A stretch of 62,890 nt of DNA, the filler included. It is 3 parts of 3 records of this genome, joined end to end, with 100 filler letters (N's around TTAATTAATTAA, not from the genome) between each part and the next. Parts side by side here need not be neighbours in the genome. Positions count along the whole stretch, not along the records: positions 36,866 to 62,890 come from DRR378314_1088; 2 more parts are not named here. One strand, 5' to 3'. A program made the position numbers and the translations under genes. The notes beneath the pieces were generated by a model. That model worked only from the letters and a program-made list of their open reading frames with translations, had not been told where the DNA came from and did no database searches. Positions 38,928 through 52,634 of this stretch are shown here, in pieces (the first letter of the stretch is position 1; each line of letters begins with the position of its first letter).

Positions 38928-39448
38928 CGCAACCGGAAAGGAGAGGGAGTAGGAGCAGCTGCTGGGCCCGCCTCCGCAATAGTCACGGGCGAAATCCTTT
39001 GTTCGGTTGCGTCGCCATCACCAAAAAATAGAATAGCAGCAGCGGATTATTCTTTCTTCTTCTCCGGCACGGTAGGCGCCCGCGCAAGGTCACTGGCAGC
39101 ACAGTGCGCCGCAGCGCCCTCTCGCTTCCGCACCGACGCGCTGGATCATTGGTTTACATAATAGGGTGTCATGAGGGGAAGGAGACCTTTGTTGCGCGCA
39201 GACCGCAGGCGCGGAAGGCGCAGCTGTCGCGGCGCAGTGGGAGAACCGCAGGGACTTCTCAAGAAAACGAACTAATTCTTTAATTTTGGATGAGCGAGGA
39301 CAGAAATGTTTGCATACGTTACTGGGGTCCCAATCAGTTGCGTAGCATTGCGTAGGGGCGTGATGAATACGGTAGGATGTTTTTTCTTGTGCTTTGCTGT
39401 GTCGTTGTCGCGCTTGCGAAAGACGCAACGCGAAGACTTGTGTTCGGA

Positions 39449-42003
39449 TTAAGCGAGTTCATTACAATCACCAGAGCGCGCTTCATCGATGCAGTTGTGT
39501 ACAATGCCAAGAAAAAGAGCTGACGAAAGGAGCGAACGGAACGCCTTACGGCTGGGAACTTCCGGTTCCGGCCCGAAGTCGTCAGCCATAACCTGGATCC
39601 CCCATTTCGTAATGGCGGAGTACAAGCGACACAAAGCAGCGCGCGGCCAATGTCAATTACGGCAGTGAATGGTACTAAGAATATCATTTCTCCCCGCATT
39701 TACGCGATTGTGTGATGCTGCGAGCTTCCGCTGAGAAGAACGATGTACTCCGGGTCTCGCATGATATAGGGCTCTCCCATGGGACTAAAAATTCATCGAA
39801 AATTGCGCTGATTTCATCAGCGGATCCCCGGGATAAAGTACACTGTTTAACCTGCAAAACAATGGAACTCAGATCTTGAAAACTCACATTCATAAGTGCT
39901 GCTGCCGCTGCTGTTTGCGCACCAACATCGACACTGAGGAGCAAGTCACTGAGGGGACCAACCGCTTCCAGCGAGCGAATTCTCTTTCTCGCGTCCGGGT
40001 CCTGTAGCCAAACATGAAGTCGTCAAATACCGCGATACGACACAAGAGATTGAGAAAAGATTGATGTACGATGTAAAAGTGCGCAGTTTATCATCACTTG
40101 GCGTGGAACGTACCCGGGAAAGATTCTGAATCGCTCCGGCTGCGTTTCCGCGTATTGCAATCTCTTTGGCTCTGCAAAGAGAGCAGGAAGCAAAGCAGTG
40201 TCTTACTCGTATCGTGAGAAGAGAACATCACAATCGACGTACCAAAGGAAGATATTGGTAATAAATGTATCAATATAATCTTGATCAAACTACTGGAGTA
40301 TTTAGATAATTTCGTACCGTAAAAGCTTCACGAGCAGAGGTATTGCGTTGGGAATATCGCGAATATCCGGCACGGTCTCACGGTCTGCGGTAAGATTGTG
40401 AATGATGCCGACGGCCCTGCTACGCACTTGCGATGTGCTGTCCTCCAACAGGTCCACGATTTCCCGTAAGCTGCCTTTTTGGAGAAATTGCTGGCGACTT
40501 TGTTTATCAAAACACTACAAAATGTACGGTTATCCGGACACGTGGGCACCGTTAGAAACGCTGCTGTCCTCCCTCGTTCTAGCATTCTCTTGGCACTTGG
40601 GTTTCAGCTCTGTCAATCGTAGCAGCTATTCTTCTCATGTGTATCCTCTTTTGTAGTCCTGAGCTATTCGTGTATCAAATACGGTTTGGATACAACCAGA
40701 CCGTTTTTACCAATGAGGTGACCGTACAATACTCTGCAAAGCTCCACACGCTGTCGCGCGGACTTCAACGTCTGCACTCTTGAGGAGTTGCCAGAGACCT
40801 TCGACACCTCCTGCAGCGCATATCTGTGCCGCGAAAGAACAGTACAACCACGGCATTGCGCGCGTCGGAAATTAAATTAGCACGGATTACACACAAAATA
40901 ACAAAAGTACAGTAATTGAAGTCTTTTTGCATCGAGAAAGAAGCGATGGCTGTTGTTCAAGATAGCGGGGAATTGTGCGTGAGGTCCTCGTTTATTTCCC
41001 GCTCGATCTTTTGTGGAAGCGGGCGGGTGATCCTTGCACAATTCATTTGTGCACCACCTTCGCAACCTTTGCGTGCCATACGTACCATACGTGCATTTTG
41101 CTTTTCATAGCAAATGTTCAGGGAGGCTGCAAGTTAACAAGGGCGGATCCACTACATACGTGTGAGGGAAACGCCGCCGCCGCCTGCAGCTCGCCCGCGC
41201 AGCAGGGTCGTCGGCGCGCACTCCCGCGCCGACCAACGCACCGCTCGCCGCCTCCTTGAGCGAACCGGCTCGCCGGCTGGACGCAAGCGCGTTTGTGATT
41301 CCCGAAATGTCTTGGAGAGAAAACTTGTCACGGTTCGATTTCTGAATCGAAATAGAAGAAAGGACGGTCAAGGGTGGTTTGCGTACAAGGGATTAGTGCA
41401 GGCGCTACGATTTCCTCGCGTGGTGCTGCGCGTTCTCGTGGCTGCTTCGAAGCGATACTGTGCTCGCCGTGGCGACGCGGCGTACCTTGCGCGAAAGGAT
41501 CTTGAGCGCACAGAGCGTATGTTCCATTCTCTCTCCGTCCTCTGCACCACAAAAATTGCAACAATCACATGAATTTCGACTTTTGAATAAAATGGGTATC
41601 AGCGTACAGGAAAGGAATTTGCGTCACCAATATGCGCGTCCGATTTTGGACCCACATCACCTACGCAGAACGGTGTGAAGTAGCGGGAGACACGGCGGAA
41701 AGTGGTCGCTCTTTGCGGTGCGCAGGTGGTTGCAAAGGGAATGCATTACCGCCTCTGCTTACCTTTTACGATATCGGTATCACGAAGAAGGCGCGATATC
41801 GAATCAAACAGATCTCCTACTGTATCTTGCAGGTTCTCAGATCGTTTCGGATCCGAATTCTGCCGATTGAACACGCCAAGACCATGGAAGAATGGCTCCC
41901 AACGCGATCCAGCCACCGCGAAGTCTCCGCGCGCCAGCAGGCTGCCGGCCTGCCGGTTCAGCTCTCCTATCGAAACCTTTTCGGAGGACCGATTCTTCTT
42001 CAT
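39449..42003 (-). CDS. Eukaryotic armadillo-repeat protein, 9 exons, about 350 aa
   Basis: Manual splicing gives in-frame ARM repeats: GGVEGLWQLLKSADVEVRATACGALQSIC, GSLREIVDLLEDSTSQVRSRAVGIIHNLT, AIPLLVKLLRAKEIAIRGNAAGAIQNLSR and AVGPLSDLLLSVDVGAQTAAAAALMNV. Confidence 0.8.
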
Positions 42004-42664
42004 TAGAATTTTGGCGTTTTATACTTGCGTTTTCATCGTATGCGTTCCAATAGGATCTCCTGTGTTCTCAGAGCGGAGAAGATCAGAGCATTCGGAACTC
42101 GGCCTCTTTTCCTGGGCGGCGCTTGTATGTCAATCTTTTCGCGAACTGCGTCCTCGATATTGGGAGATTTCCAGTTTCGGGAAGAGAGCGGGTGTGGCGT
42201 CTGGAAAAAATACCGGCCCAAAATACTCGAGAAAAGTGCACACAGCACTATGCGTCTATTTTATTTTGGTAGTGCTGTTGTGCGATATGGTGCTTCAATC
42301 TCGCTGTGTTACCCTGCAGATACAGACGAACGGGCGGACGTTGCGAGAGGATGCTGAAGATCCTTTCGCATTTCAAACGGCGCCACAAAGGATGCGCAAC
42401 GGCATGGACACAACATATTCCGCATGAATAAGCATGAATAACTATGTTCTATTCCGGGAAGCAAGACTGCAAGAGGGAAGCGAGCATTCCTGCCGAGGGG
42501 TTGCGCTGTGCCGCACCGAAGAAGGACCAGACGTATTCCAATTGCGACCTCTTCACGCATCACCCCGTCTTCAGGCGAGATCAGTGTTCCTATTTTTATT
42601 CCACTCTCTAGCTCACGTTTGCAATTATCAAGTTTCTTTTCGGGCGCGGGATCAAGGCTGCAAA

Positions 42665-42929
42665 ATGTGGGGCAGGTCCTCCGTTGCAGTACTCTTTGGT
42701 GCTTTATTCCTTGCTGGTACCTCGCAGACGCAGTATCCAATGTATACCGGACCGGGGTACGTCTACCGCCTTGATCTCGTCTGCATTTGTCACCTTTTTG
42801 ACGTCATGCGTGCGCAAAACACGCACTTATCTCAGCAGTGAGAAAAGCGTTGGGGAAATAGCTGTCCTAATCTGGGGGCCTTGGAAGACGCGCCCCGCTT
42901 TCCTTGGCTCGTGTGCCCCGCAACTATGA
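42665..42929 (+). CDS. Possible small secreted protein (tentative 2-exon model)
   Basis: Signal-peptide-like MWGRSSVAVLFGALFLAGTSQT, then a GTACGT donor and CAG acceptor that keep the frame. No recognisable family. Confidence 0.25.
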
Positions 42930-44018
42930 AGCTGCACGGCACAGTATCTATCGAAACTGCGTTTGGGCACAATTTCCACCGAGCTCACGCACGGGCAACG
43001 GACTAAATCTCCCTGCCTCAAGTTTGCAGGCAAGGGCGCTGACACTTTCGTTGCTCGTGTGCTTTGAATGCATGATCTGCGTGCTGGTGTGGACCGTATC
43101 CGCTTCAACTCCAAACAAGCGCTCCCGGGTGAGGGACCGGGATCATTGCCAACGTACTGCATGTCGCGTGCACTTCGGAGCCAGTGTTACTGCTTCATCG
43201 TTCCATCCCAAGGTGGTTTAGGACGCCCACACGTGCTCTGCGTCAATCGAAAATGACCATGATCGATTGTTTGCTCGTCTCGTTCACCGAGGTGGTTCCG
43301 TTGACACGCATGCCCGATGCTATCCCTAGACTCTCACTTTCTGCACATACCATTAGTACACTTCATTATCACTGCGCACTTCAAGCGGCACTGCTGCGCC
43401 CCAGAACCACGGTATCCGGTCACCTGTTCGTTCCCGGTCGTGATCCTTCTCTAGCAAGGACGAATGGGCTCGATCCAGCTCGAAATGATTTTCCAGTGTT
43501 TGCATACAGGGGGTATTAACGTGAAACAGCGCGCGCATCGAGCTTCATGCACAGCCGCGCTGCGCGGCGCTTGCCGTTGTCCTCAGGCGCACGGCGCCGG
43601 CGGAAAGGCCCCTCTTGCTGTCACGCCGCCGCCTCGCGCCATGTGCGTCGCGCTCGCCGCCGCCATGCGCAAGCCGACACGCGAAAATCACGCTGCGAGG
43701 CCCCTCGAACACACACACGCGCGCTCCTGCCTCCTCTGTTCACCCGTCTCGACTGAAACTTCCGGCAACCTTCCACACCTTTCTCCTGCATGCCGATTGT
43801 GCGCTCTGGCAACTTCGCTCCTCGTTTGCTGGGCGTTTGTTTCCCAGCGTTTCTCCCCGTGCGCGCTTTGGACTGTCCCGTACAGTGTCGCGCCTGGCAC
43901 AAGAGGGGTCGACTCTGCTTTTTCTACGACACCTCGCTGCGCGCTCCGACTCAGCGCACGAGGCTGCTACTAGCGCTCTACTGCAAGACTTTTTGTTCAC
44001 TGGCCTTCTCTGCCAACG

Positions 44019-47000
44019 ATGTCGCTGGCAGATGCAAATAAACCGCTGCTTGATCAGCCAGGCGGCAGGTCGAGGGCGCACTCGCTGCGATTGTCCCGCT
44101 CATCCGCGGGGCGTCGCTCGGCGGCGAAGGAGGAGCTCGAGAACCTCGTGGGATACGGCGATGAGCTCGCGTACGACCTGGTCGAGAGGCCGCCAAGTGC
44201 GCGAACGAAGCTATGGTAAGACGCGTAGCAGCGCAGGAATTATTATCTCTTACTTCAAAAGATACGGATGTTTTGCATGCACTACGGCATGATGTTGTGC
44301 CTGCGTTCTGGGAGCGAGTTCCTTCCCGTTGGTTGCCAGTGCGAAGGTTGTGCACGCGCTTGCCGTTGGCTTCGCATGGCGCGCTTGCAGTCCATATGCA
44401 CGCAGCCGCTCGAGTCCCTATCCACTCCTACGCAGCCGCGCCACCATATAATCTATGTATGAGCGCATTAATCTAAGGAGATTGTAACGTGCAGCGTACT
44501 CGAAATTGGCTTCTTTTGGTCTTACAGCGCGATACGGCCGTGCGCGCGGCGGGCTCCTTCTGTGTATGTAGTCATAATGTTCTCATGCGCTCGGTGCTTG
44601 CAGTGCCGCACACTGCTTGCGCTTCTTTCCTCGGGCAACAGCAACGCTGTGCCGATATTTGAATTATTATATTTTATCTTTGTCGCATACTCATGTTCAC
44701 TGTGATGCTTCCTGCCCTATCTGCGATGCTTCCTCGCTGCTTCTACCCACGCGGATTGACGGGCCCCTCGCGCGCTCTTTCTCTCTCTCTCCATGCTGGC
44801 ACCGCGCGACCGGCACGGTGCGCCGAGCAGGTTCTTATTCGGCGACTTTGCCAATATGCTCAAGGCGTTTATCGGAAGCAACTACTTGTCACTGCCATTT
44901 GCCATTCGACAAGGCGGCATCATCGGCTCTGTGGTCGGCATCGTCGTTCTCTCGGTCGTGGTTGCAATAGGAGTACGTTTCGTGTGGAGCAGCGCAGGCA
45001 CCGCACGCTGCACGGTCGGTTGAAGAGGGAGACGAGCGCGGGCGCTCGGTCGCCGCCGCTGAGCGGCGTTGATCGTGCGTGTACGATGGTTTGTTTGCGA
45101 GTGCTTGCACAATTTGCCTCGTTGTTTGTCTTGGCGAACGGTAGAGGAGCGCACGGCATATGGCCTGCTACCACGGAACTCCGGTTTTCTACTCGGTTTT
45201 ATCCGTGCGCGGAGCTCCTCCGCCGTCGTACGCTGCAGTGCACGGGCGCACCGTGCGCACCGTCGCAGGTTCACTAGCCTGTGGATGTCTTCAATGATGT
45301 GTTGACCGGGTCTCCAAGGCTCCGTGTGCACGCACATGCGCGCGCGCGCGAGAGAGAGAGAGGGAGAGCTCAGGGTGCCGCCACGAAGAACAGGTTCCCG
45401 TGGCGAGCGCCGTTGTGCAGCAGGCAACGACCCTCACGTCCCAAATCTCACCCGCATGGATGTGCTCGAACGCCAATTGTACTGTTGGATCGTATGATCG
45501 TACTGTGTGATGTTGGTTCGCGCCCGGGTAGTGCGACCTTATGGTGCAGTGCAAGCGCATGGCGGACGGAAGCGGCGCGAAGACGTACGGCGACGTCGGG
45601 TACTTTGCGTACGGCAAAGCCGGCCGAAAGGCGGTCGACGTCGTGCTGTTCACTGCGCAGCTCTCGTTTGGCGTCGGATATGTACGTTTTTGTATTAGCG
45701 GGAATGAGTCCTTCTATGCCGTACGTTTGCTTTCGTGCTTGTGGCGAGGCGTTGCACGGAATCGGCGCGCGGACTCTGTTCTGCGTGAACAGCGTCTCTG
45801 TACCGCGCGTGCTCGTTCTCACTGCGCCCACACGACGACAAGGACTTGGAGGGGAACGAAGAAGCGCATTCGTATAAGTGCGCGCCTTTGGAATGCGGAT
45901 ATGTTTTTTCTCTACGCACTGTCCGTTGACTCGTTGCTGTCGCTGACATATTCCCCCCGTTTCTTTCCTTTGTGCCATCATCTTCGCGTCGCGGTCTCGT
46001 TGGCGCTGTCTTGCGCGTTGCCCTTGCGATTCTGTTCCGCTTCCCGCGCCGCGTCCGCGTATATCCTCGGATTTTTACCCATTCCCTTTTGGGGAAATTT
46101 CCTACTCATGTCTTTGTGTTGATGTGCAGCTAATTTTTCTCAAGTTGAATGTCCACGCGCTCTTCCACCACGTTCCCGAAGTGCTCGTGGTCTGGGTGTG
46201 CGCGGGGCTGCTGTGGGGACTGTCGTCGGTGTCGACGGTCCGCAAGCTCGCGCCGACCTCGGTAATTGCAAACGTGACGCTCATCGTAGGTCTGGCGCTC
46301 GTATTTCAGCAAGAGGTCCGTGTGAGACTCGGAGCATGTCGCTGCACATCCAGGCTCGCGTCTGTATCGCTATTAAGGTGTAGGATTGCCTGGATCCTGC
46401 GACTCCCTGCTCCTCTGTATTGTCTCACTCTGTGTTCGTAGAGCTTTGTCGACGAGCGTGCGTAGATCGAAAATGCGACAAGGTAGAAAGTGCGACGAAA
46501 TGAGCTATAGGAAGAACGTTTCCGGGAGTTACTCGATACTCGTCTTTCCTTTATTCGTGCAAATAGGGATATATATATATATTTACGGAAAGTGTATACA
46601 CGGACATGTCAATGTGTGCTGGATACAACTTTATTGTGACTGCAATGGTATTGGATCCCTGTTGTACCTTTGTTTTGTCGTTGTGTGGTACCAGCTTTCT
46701 GCACGATAGCGAAGGGTTCGCGGTGGCGTTGCTCTACGTGGGAAAGTGGTGGCGCTGTTGTTCTTCCACATCCGCTGCTGTGGATGGCCACTTCCGCGTC
46801 CAGCGAGTGTTTACTCGCGTGTATGTTTTGGTATGGGAGAGTTTGTGCGTGTTCTCGTGTGTTGTGTCTCTGTATTATTTATTTTTTTTTGCGACGAAGA
46901 CTCTTCGTACTGCCGCGATACATTTCCACTCGATTAGCGTTCCAGCGCTGACGCGGTTTTTTCTTCGATTCTGCGCCTGTTGTCCACGATTCCTAACCAC

Positions 47001-49981
47001 TATGTCGCTATTCTTCTCACATACGTTTGTCGGTGCCCATTCTCGCACATCGTCCATCCGATGGTTGTGGCTCCTTGTACAGGCGGATGATCTCGAAGCT
47101 GGCGCGAAGAGCGACTTGCACATGTTTGACATCGTTCACTATCCGATGTTTTTGGCTCTTCTCGTACGTTTTCGTTTCGCCATTGACGAGAGTTTGAACT
47201 TGCTCAAAGGGATCATCGCACCTGCGAAGAAGAATCGGTCGTGCGTGCGCTCGCGAAGCGATGTCCGATGTGCGCTTACGTTTCTCTTCTGCTCTTCATC
47301 ATGAAGGTGTACATACGTGAGAATTCGAATCTTCTTTCTTGTTGTAGCTGCTCGTTTTGGACGATACGTGAGTCGGTTTCCCGCGCTCCGCACTGTCCAT
47401 CACAAAGATACGGGCGGAAAGAGGTCCTTCGGAAACCTGTATCGCTCCAGGTGCAGCAGCACCGCGGATACACGCACGCTCGATGTAGCGCTTTTGACAT
47501 TCGTGCACGTCTTCTCATTGCGTATTGTCGTGTTTCATGGCTTCATCTCCTCGCGTTACGGTCGGACCAGGTCTCTTCGCTCGAGGGAACTGGTCTCGTG
47601 ATTCCGATCGAGTCCTCCATGGCGTCACCAAAGCACCTCTTCTCCCGTATCTTGTGGTCTGTTATTGGGTTTGTCGCGGTAATGTTTATTGCTGTGGTAC
47701 GTTGTACGCGAAAGTATCCGGCTGCGCCAACCTTGTTCTCGTTTGTTGATGGTCCGATTCACAGTGTATGAGCGAGCGAGTAGTCGCCATCTTCCAAAAC
47801 CAGCGAACTCTCCTTCAGCGCCGCACATGAATACTGTTCCAGGTGGATTCCTTGGCTCTTACATTCGCAACATCAGGTAGGGTCTTTCGCTGTGATGGCG
47901 GTGCTGGAATGCGATGGATTATCTCTCCACAAGCTCGATTGGGATGATGGTTTGGGTCCTTGTTTGTTCACCTCTCTCTCTCTCTCTCTCTGTATCAAAC
48001 TGACCGTGTACGTCTTTCCGTTTTGTTCTTTGCATGCGTCATATTTGTGCGGAATTGCAGGGTGTATTGGGGTACATGGTATACGGGAACGATACGGTTG
48101 CCCCGGTGACTCTCAATATTGCGTGCTCGCACGCTCATCAGTCCATCGGTGTCAAGGTAAAGCGCACGCGCGTCAATATCGCGGGAAAGCGCGGAAAATC
48201 ACGCGTAAAAGGACGCAGCACGTGTGATGCAGCACGTTACTAGCGACGTAGCGTGCAAACACGAGCGTATAGCTGCAGCTGTGAACGATGATCGCCTGAG
48301 CGCAGCGACTCGAACGCGACCTGTTCCGTGTTGGTTCGTCGCACCGTGCCGTTAAAGTGTCGAGTGTCTGATAAGTGATCGACATGGACGTCTCTGTTAC
48401 GCAGTTCTTCTACGTAGCTGTTGTCTCGTTTTGGACGATCCAGTCCGCTCTCTTTCCGACTCGAATTTGCTCTTCTCGTGCTTTTGTGTGAAAAACGGTG
48501 CTCTTCATGTTTGCTACGTCAGCGAATATCCCTGCTGTCCTGGAGGTCGGATTTCGCGCAATATGCGCTTGATACTCCGTTTGTCATTGCCGTTGCAAGG
48601 AGAGAGCGAGCACTGCGTCACGATTTGCCATGTTGCTCCGTTGAGCGTCACTGTGACGTTTGGCTACACTGAAGTCCCTGTTGTGCGTTCTTCGTCGTCC
48701 TCGATTCTTTACCATCTGCACGAGACACACGTTTGAGTGTCCTCGAAGACTGTTTCGCCTGGATGAGTATTTATCCTCTGTGTTTTGTTTCCTCTCCCAC
48801 CCCTGGGTCTTCTCTCGTTTCATCGTATTCTCCCGCATTTCGCCCCTTTCTGGTCCATTTTTCCTCCAGTTCGTGCGTCGCTTTTTCGTGCATTGTTGTC
48901 GTGTGTGTCCTTCTCTTCTCGTGTGGTTTTCGGTCTGTCATGGACTCATAGTTCATGATGGGACAATACAGACAGCAGCTCTGCACTCACGACTGCTGTT
49001 GCGCGTAATTTCTCACCTCTTTTGCATCGTTGTTTTTTTCGTCATTGCAGGTTGTCCTTATCTCTCTGTGCATCGGAATCTTCTTCACCTATCCAATGCA
49101 ACTCTTCCCGTGTATCGACATTGTGTCGCTATTTGTTCCGTGGAGGAGAGCACTATGCGCTCTTCCTCTGGTACTTACCACAGCAACTGTCGCATCGGTA
49201 GTGGATGACTTTGGCGCGTTTATGTACGTATTTGAAATGGTTTGGCGCCGCGTTTGCTTTGATTCTCGCACGCAGGGGGCGGGGAGGGTCGTGGCCGTTA
49301 CGAAGCGCATCGATCCCCTTCGCAATCGAATCGTTGTGATTGCGGTTAAACACCATCTACCTTCACGAACAAGCCTTCACCTATCGGACATATCATCGCA
49401 TAATTATCGTTACTGGGTTACACAAGAACGCGTTTTCCGGATCCTGCTCGTGACGGTTCTGTGCAATTGCGCCAGTTTCCGCTGTTCCTCCAGTCTCTCC
49501 TGCTGCGCTGCAACAACACCTATTCTGCGCTATTTCCGACACGATATGTCCGAGTGAGTAACTTTCCCCTGTTCTCATCTCCGTAAGTCTTAAGTATCTG
49601 AATGCCTTAATCGTGTTCCTGAAAGGCAGGGTATCGTGCCTTTTTTCCACTCCGTCGTGATGCGGCTCTGCGGGCCAGAGTCAACTTGCTGTAAGTTCCC
49701 ACTTCTTACCCACTTCGATCTCGATGCTTCCTCGTACGGAAATGCGCTTCGTGCCTTGTTCTCGTATTTGTGGAAACTGCAGCGCTTTCGTGTCTGCATT
49801 AACGTGTCCATTTTTAGCGATTATCTTCCCGTGTATGTTTGCCCTGAAACTCGATCGCGAGATGTCAATGATGAAGCGACGATTTTTATGGATCTGTATC
49901 GTTCTTGGCGTCATTGTTATCATTTCCGGAACGGCAACTTCGCTCAACTCGCTCTTACATCCACAGAAGAATCCGTGTTAG
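44019..49981 (+). CDS. Eukaryotic amino acid transporter, AAAP/SLC36 (Aa_trans) family, 9 exons
   Basis: All junctions are phase-consistent and give FANMLKAFIGSNYLSLPFA, TYGDVG..AYG..GR, RKLAPTS..AN, SLEGTGLVIPIESSM, GVLGYMVYG and FTYPMQLFP. N-terminal PLL motif suggests vacuolar or lysosomal targeting. Confidence 0.9.
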
Positions 49982-50879
49982 TAATTCTGCATGTGCTGTT
50001 GTTACGTGCGTATATTAATAGCGACGTGGAGAGCAAGCGAGCGCGATTGGTGTTGTGGAAAGGGAGACGGCGCGTTCTCAGGAGGTTTAGTCACGAGAAT
50101 CGCTGCGTTTTGTCTCGGGAATTTGCTCAATGACGGACAGCGAACCACTGCTCATCACAGGGATATGTGCTCGTACGTGGCGTGTCTTATTCTCACCTGT
50201 GAGAGCATGGGCACGCGTGTGATGTGTCAACGCCCTGAAAGCGGCAGAAACGAGTGTTTTGCTGTGCTCGATAGCGTGCTTCTTGCGCTGCTGTTGCGTC
50301 GTTTGCAGTCGACCACACGCGCGAGAACGCATACACGTTTTTGTACTCTCCGTGTACAAGTGCGCGTTGCATCCTAGTGCTCGGTGCTTTATCAGTGTCT
50401 GTGTTTTTCCGTGGTGTGGTGCAGTGCCGCATTTCTTTTCGAGGGGCGGGATGCGATGGCGGCGGAGCGCATCGGGGGCGATGAAGCCGCGATGCGCTTC
50501 GTTTCACATATCGCGCCGCTGGTGATTCGCCAGCGGCACACGATTCCCGCGTTTTTGGTTTATGGAAAATAATAATACACATTTCTGCATGGAGCGGCGG
50601 GGGCGCCTGCGCCTTACCCTCTCGTTCTTCCTACCATACCGCTCGGTGCTCGCCGGTGAATCCTCGGGGTCTCTGCGGCAGCGCCCTGACTCGCGCGCTG
50701 CACACTTCGCCCGAGGTTGCATTGCCGCCTGTACTTTCTGTGTCTCTACGTCAGTATTGGCCTCTATCCTGCGAATCCTCGGATTGTGCGGCAGCGCCCT
50801 GACTCGCGCGCGGCGTCCACCGCCTGAACGTCGCGCGGTCGTCCACACTGCCTCGCACCAAGGTCCCCGGAGATCTCAT

Positions 50880-51786
50880 CTACGCTTGCTTGCTCATACC
50901 GGCCACAAAGCCTCTCCGTTCTCGCGACTGGTTGGTTGCGTTGTTGGCAGCATTCTTGCGCGGCAGCGGCTGTGGAGTCGGCGGCGCCTCCGCGTTCGGA
51001 TCGAGCCCGTAGCGCCCGAGGTCCTCCTCGGCCATAAGGCCACTGCACCGATCGGCGCGAAACGCGCCGGATAGAGCGGAGCGAAAGGGATCGCGCCACG
51101 CGCAAACAGAAAAAAATTATGAATGCATGCATGATATGCCGTACAGGCATAGGAGAAGTAGAGACTTGCCACGCTTCAAAGCTGCGTAAAGCGCCCGCAC
51201 AAAGCAGCAGACTCGCTTCGCTCGCAGAGCTCGAGGAGCGTCGCGAGAGCATTATATCAGACAGCAAATTCTCTGCAAATGATACAGAGTTTACTGGGCC
51301 CAAATGGCAGACAGCGAGCAACACCGAGCAGCACAGGAACGACGGGAAGGGCGAGAACGCACAAGGCTGTGACGCGTTCCCTTTCGTTGCTGGGAGAGAA
51401 GAAGAACACCAACTGGCGGTTTAGAAGTATTTCTACGTCACATACAGACTTTCAATCGAAACGGATTCAGGGCCATGGGCGCGGAGGCGCGGCAGGAGGC
51501 CAACGCGAAGCTCTGTACAGCACGAAGCGGGAGGAGTCCGTGTACGGCGGACGTACTTATCCATCCGGCACTTGAGGTACTTTGCTGTGAGATGCTTGCA
51601 AGCAGTAGCGTCCCCATCGCTCCGTTTCATACAGGCAAGGTACTTTGTAACAATCTCCTTGCATTCCCCAAAGTGGTCGAGGGGAAACGATCCTTTCTCC
51701 GGCGGTAGGACCGTCGACTTGCTTCCAGAGGTGAAACCCATGGCAGAGGCGCGCGTTACAGGAGTCCTGGATACGGAAGACGACAT
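50880..51786 (-). CDS. COX19: Cytochrome c oxidase assembly protein COX19 (twin CX9C), 2 exons, intron 51043-51556
   Basis: PPEKGSFPLDHFGECKEIVTKYLACMK...CKHLTAKYLKCRMD, spliced to NGLMAEEDLGRYGL. Start may be 51786 or 51741. Confidence 0.92.
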
Positions 51787-52634
51787 GTGCACAGACCCCG
51801 GCAAGGCAGTCGTACCAGGGAGCCCAGAACAAGAAGAACAACATGAGCAGTATCATATGTTCCTTCATTGCACCGGATTGAAGGATAGAAACGCCAGACG
51901 GGCGGTGCGCGTTGACATCGCTACGCAGCAGTGCGGGGCTAGCGAGGTTGCGCACTGCGCCGTACTCACGTGGAGAGGCGGGCCGTGCACGCTTTCCTCC
52001 TTGTCGAGAAGAGATACAATCCTTCCACGTACGTTCGAATGTAAAAATCGCCTTTGATCACGGGCGGAATCGAACGCGAATGCTCTGCAGAGCGGCAAGT
52101 GCGAAAGCGGCACCGTAGCTGCTTCGCAGTCTTGTGTGAGTGCGGGTGCAGGAAAGCGACGAGCCTACACGCTGCGTGAATGCACACGTGGCGATGGGAG
52201 AGCAATCATCTCAGACCTAGCATTACAACGAGTGTAACCAAATTCATACTTTCCCCCCATCAATTGTGGTTAGGCAACTTACTGCACTTTCTTTTTCTTG
52301 GGCCGGATTCCAGCACTTCTTTGAAAAATTGTTCTGAACAGTCCTACTCACTTGGAGAAATCTAGGGGTGACAAAAGTCTCCTGTGCCTCTCGTGGGATT
52401 CGTCGGCGCTCGCTAGACGACAGGCCTCAGATTGCGAATGCACGAAGTGGACCGTGTGCGTCTTTTCGTACAAGTGCGGAGCGTGGACAGAGAGCTTCGT
52501 TTCTCTCTTTTTTTTTTCCACCCGTGCTGCGTATTCCATCACACAAACGAATCGAGACAACGCCCCGGATCCCAAACGACGAAAACCTCTTTGTGCTAAA
52601 GAGATTGCAGCTTTTTCATTGAAAACGCATCACG

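Noticed and set aside
37395..47990. A18 run, (GA)n, (TA)n and (CT)n tracts as retroelement tails or array repeats
   Set aside because: The A18 run is the polypyrimidine tract of a minus-strand intron acceptor and the others are short intronic microsatellites. No CRISPR-like repeat-spacer pattern was seen anywhere in the window.
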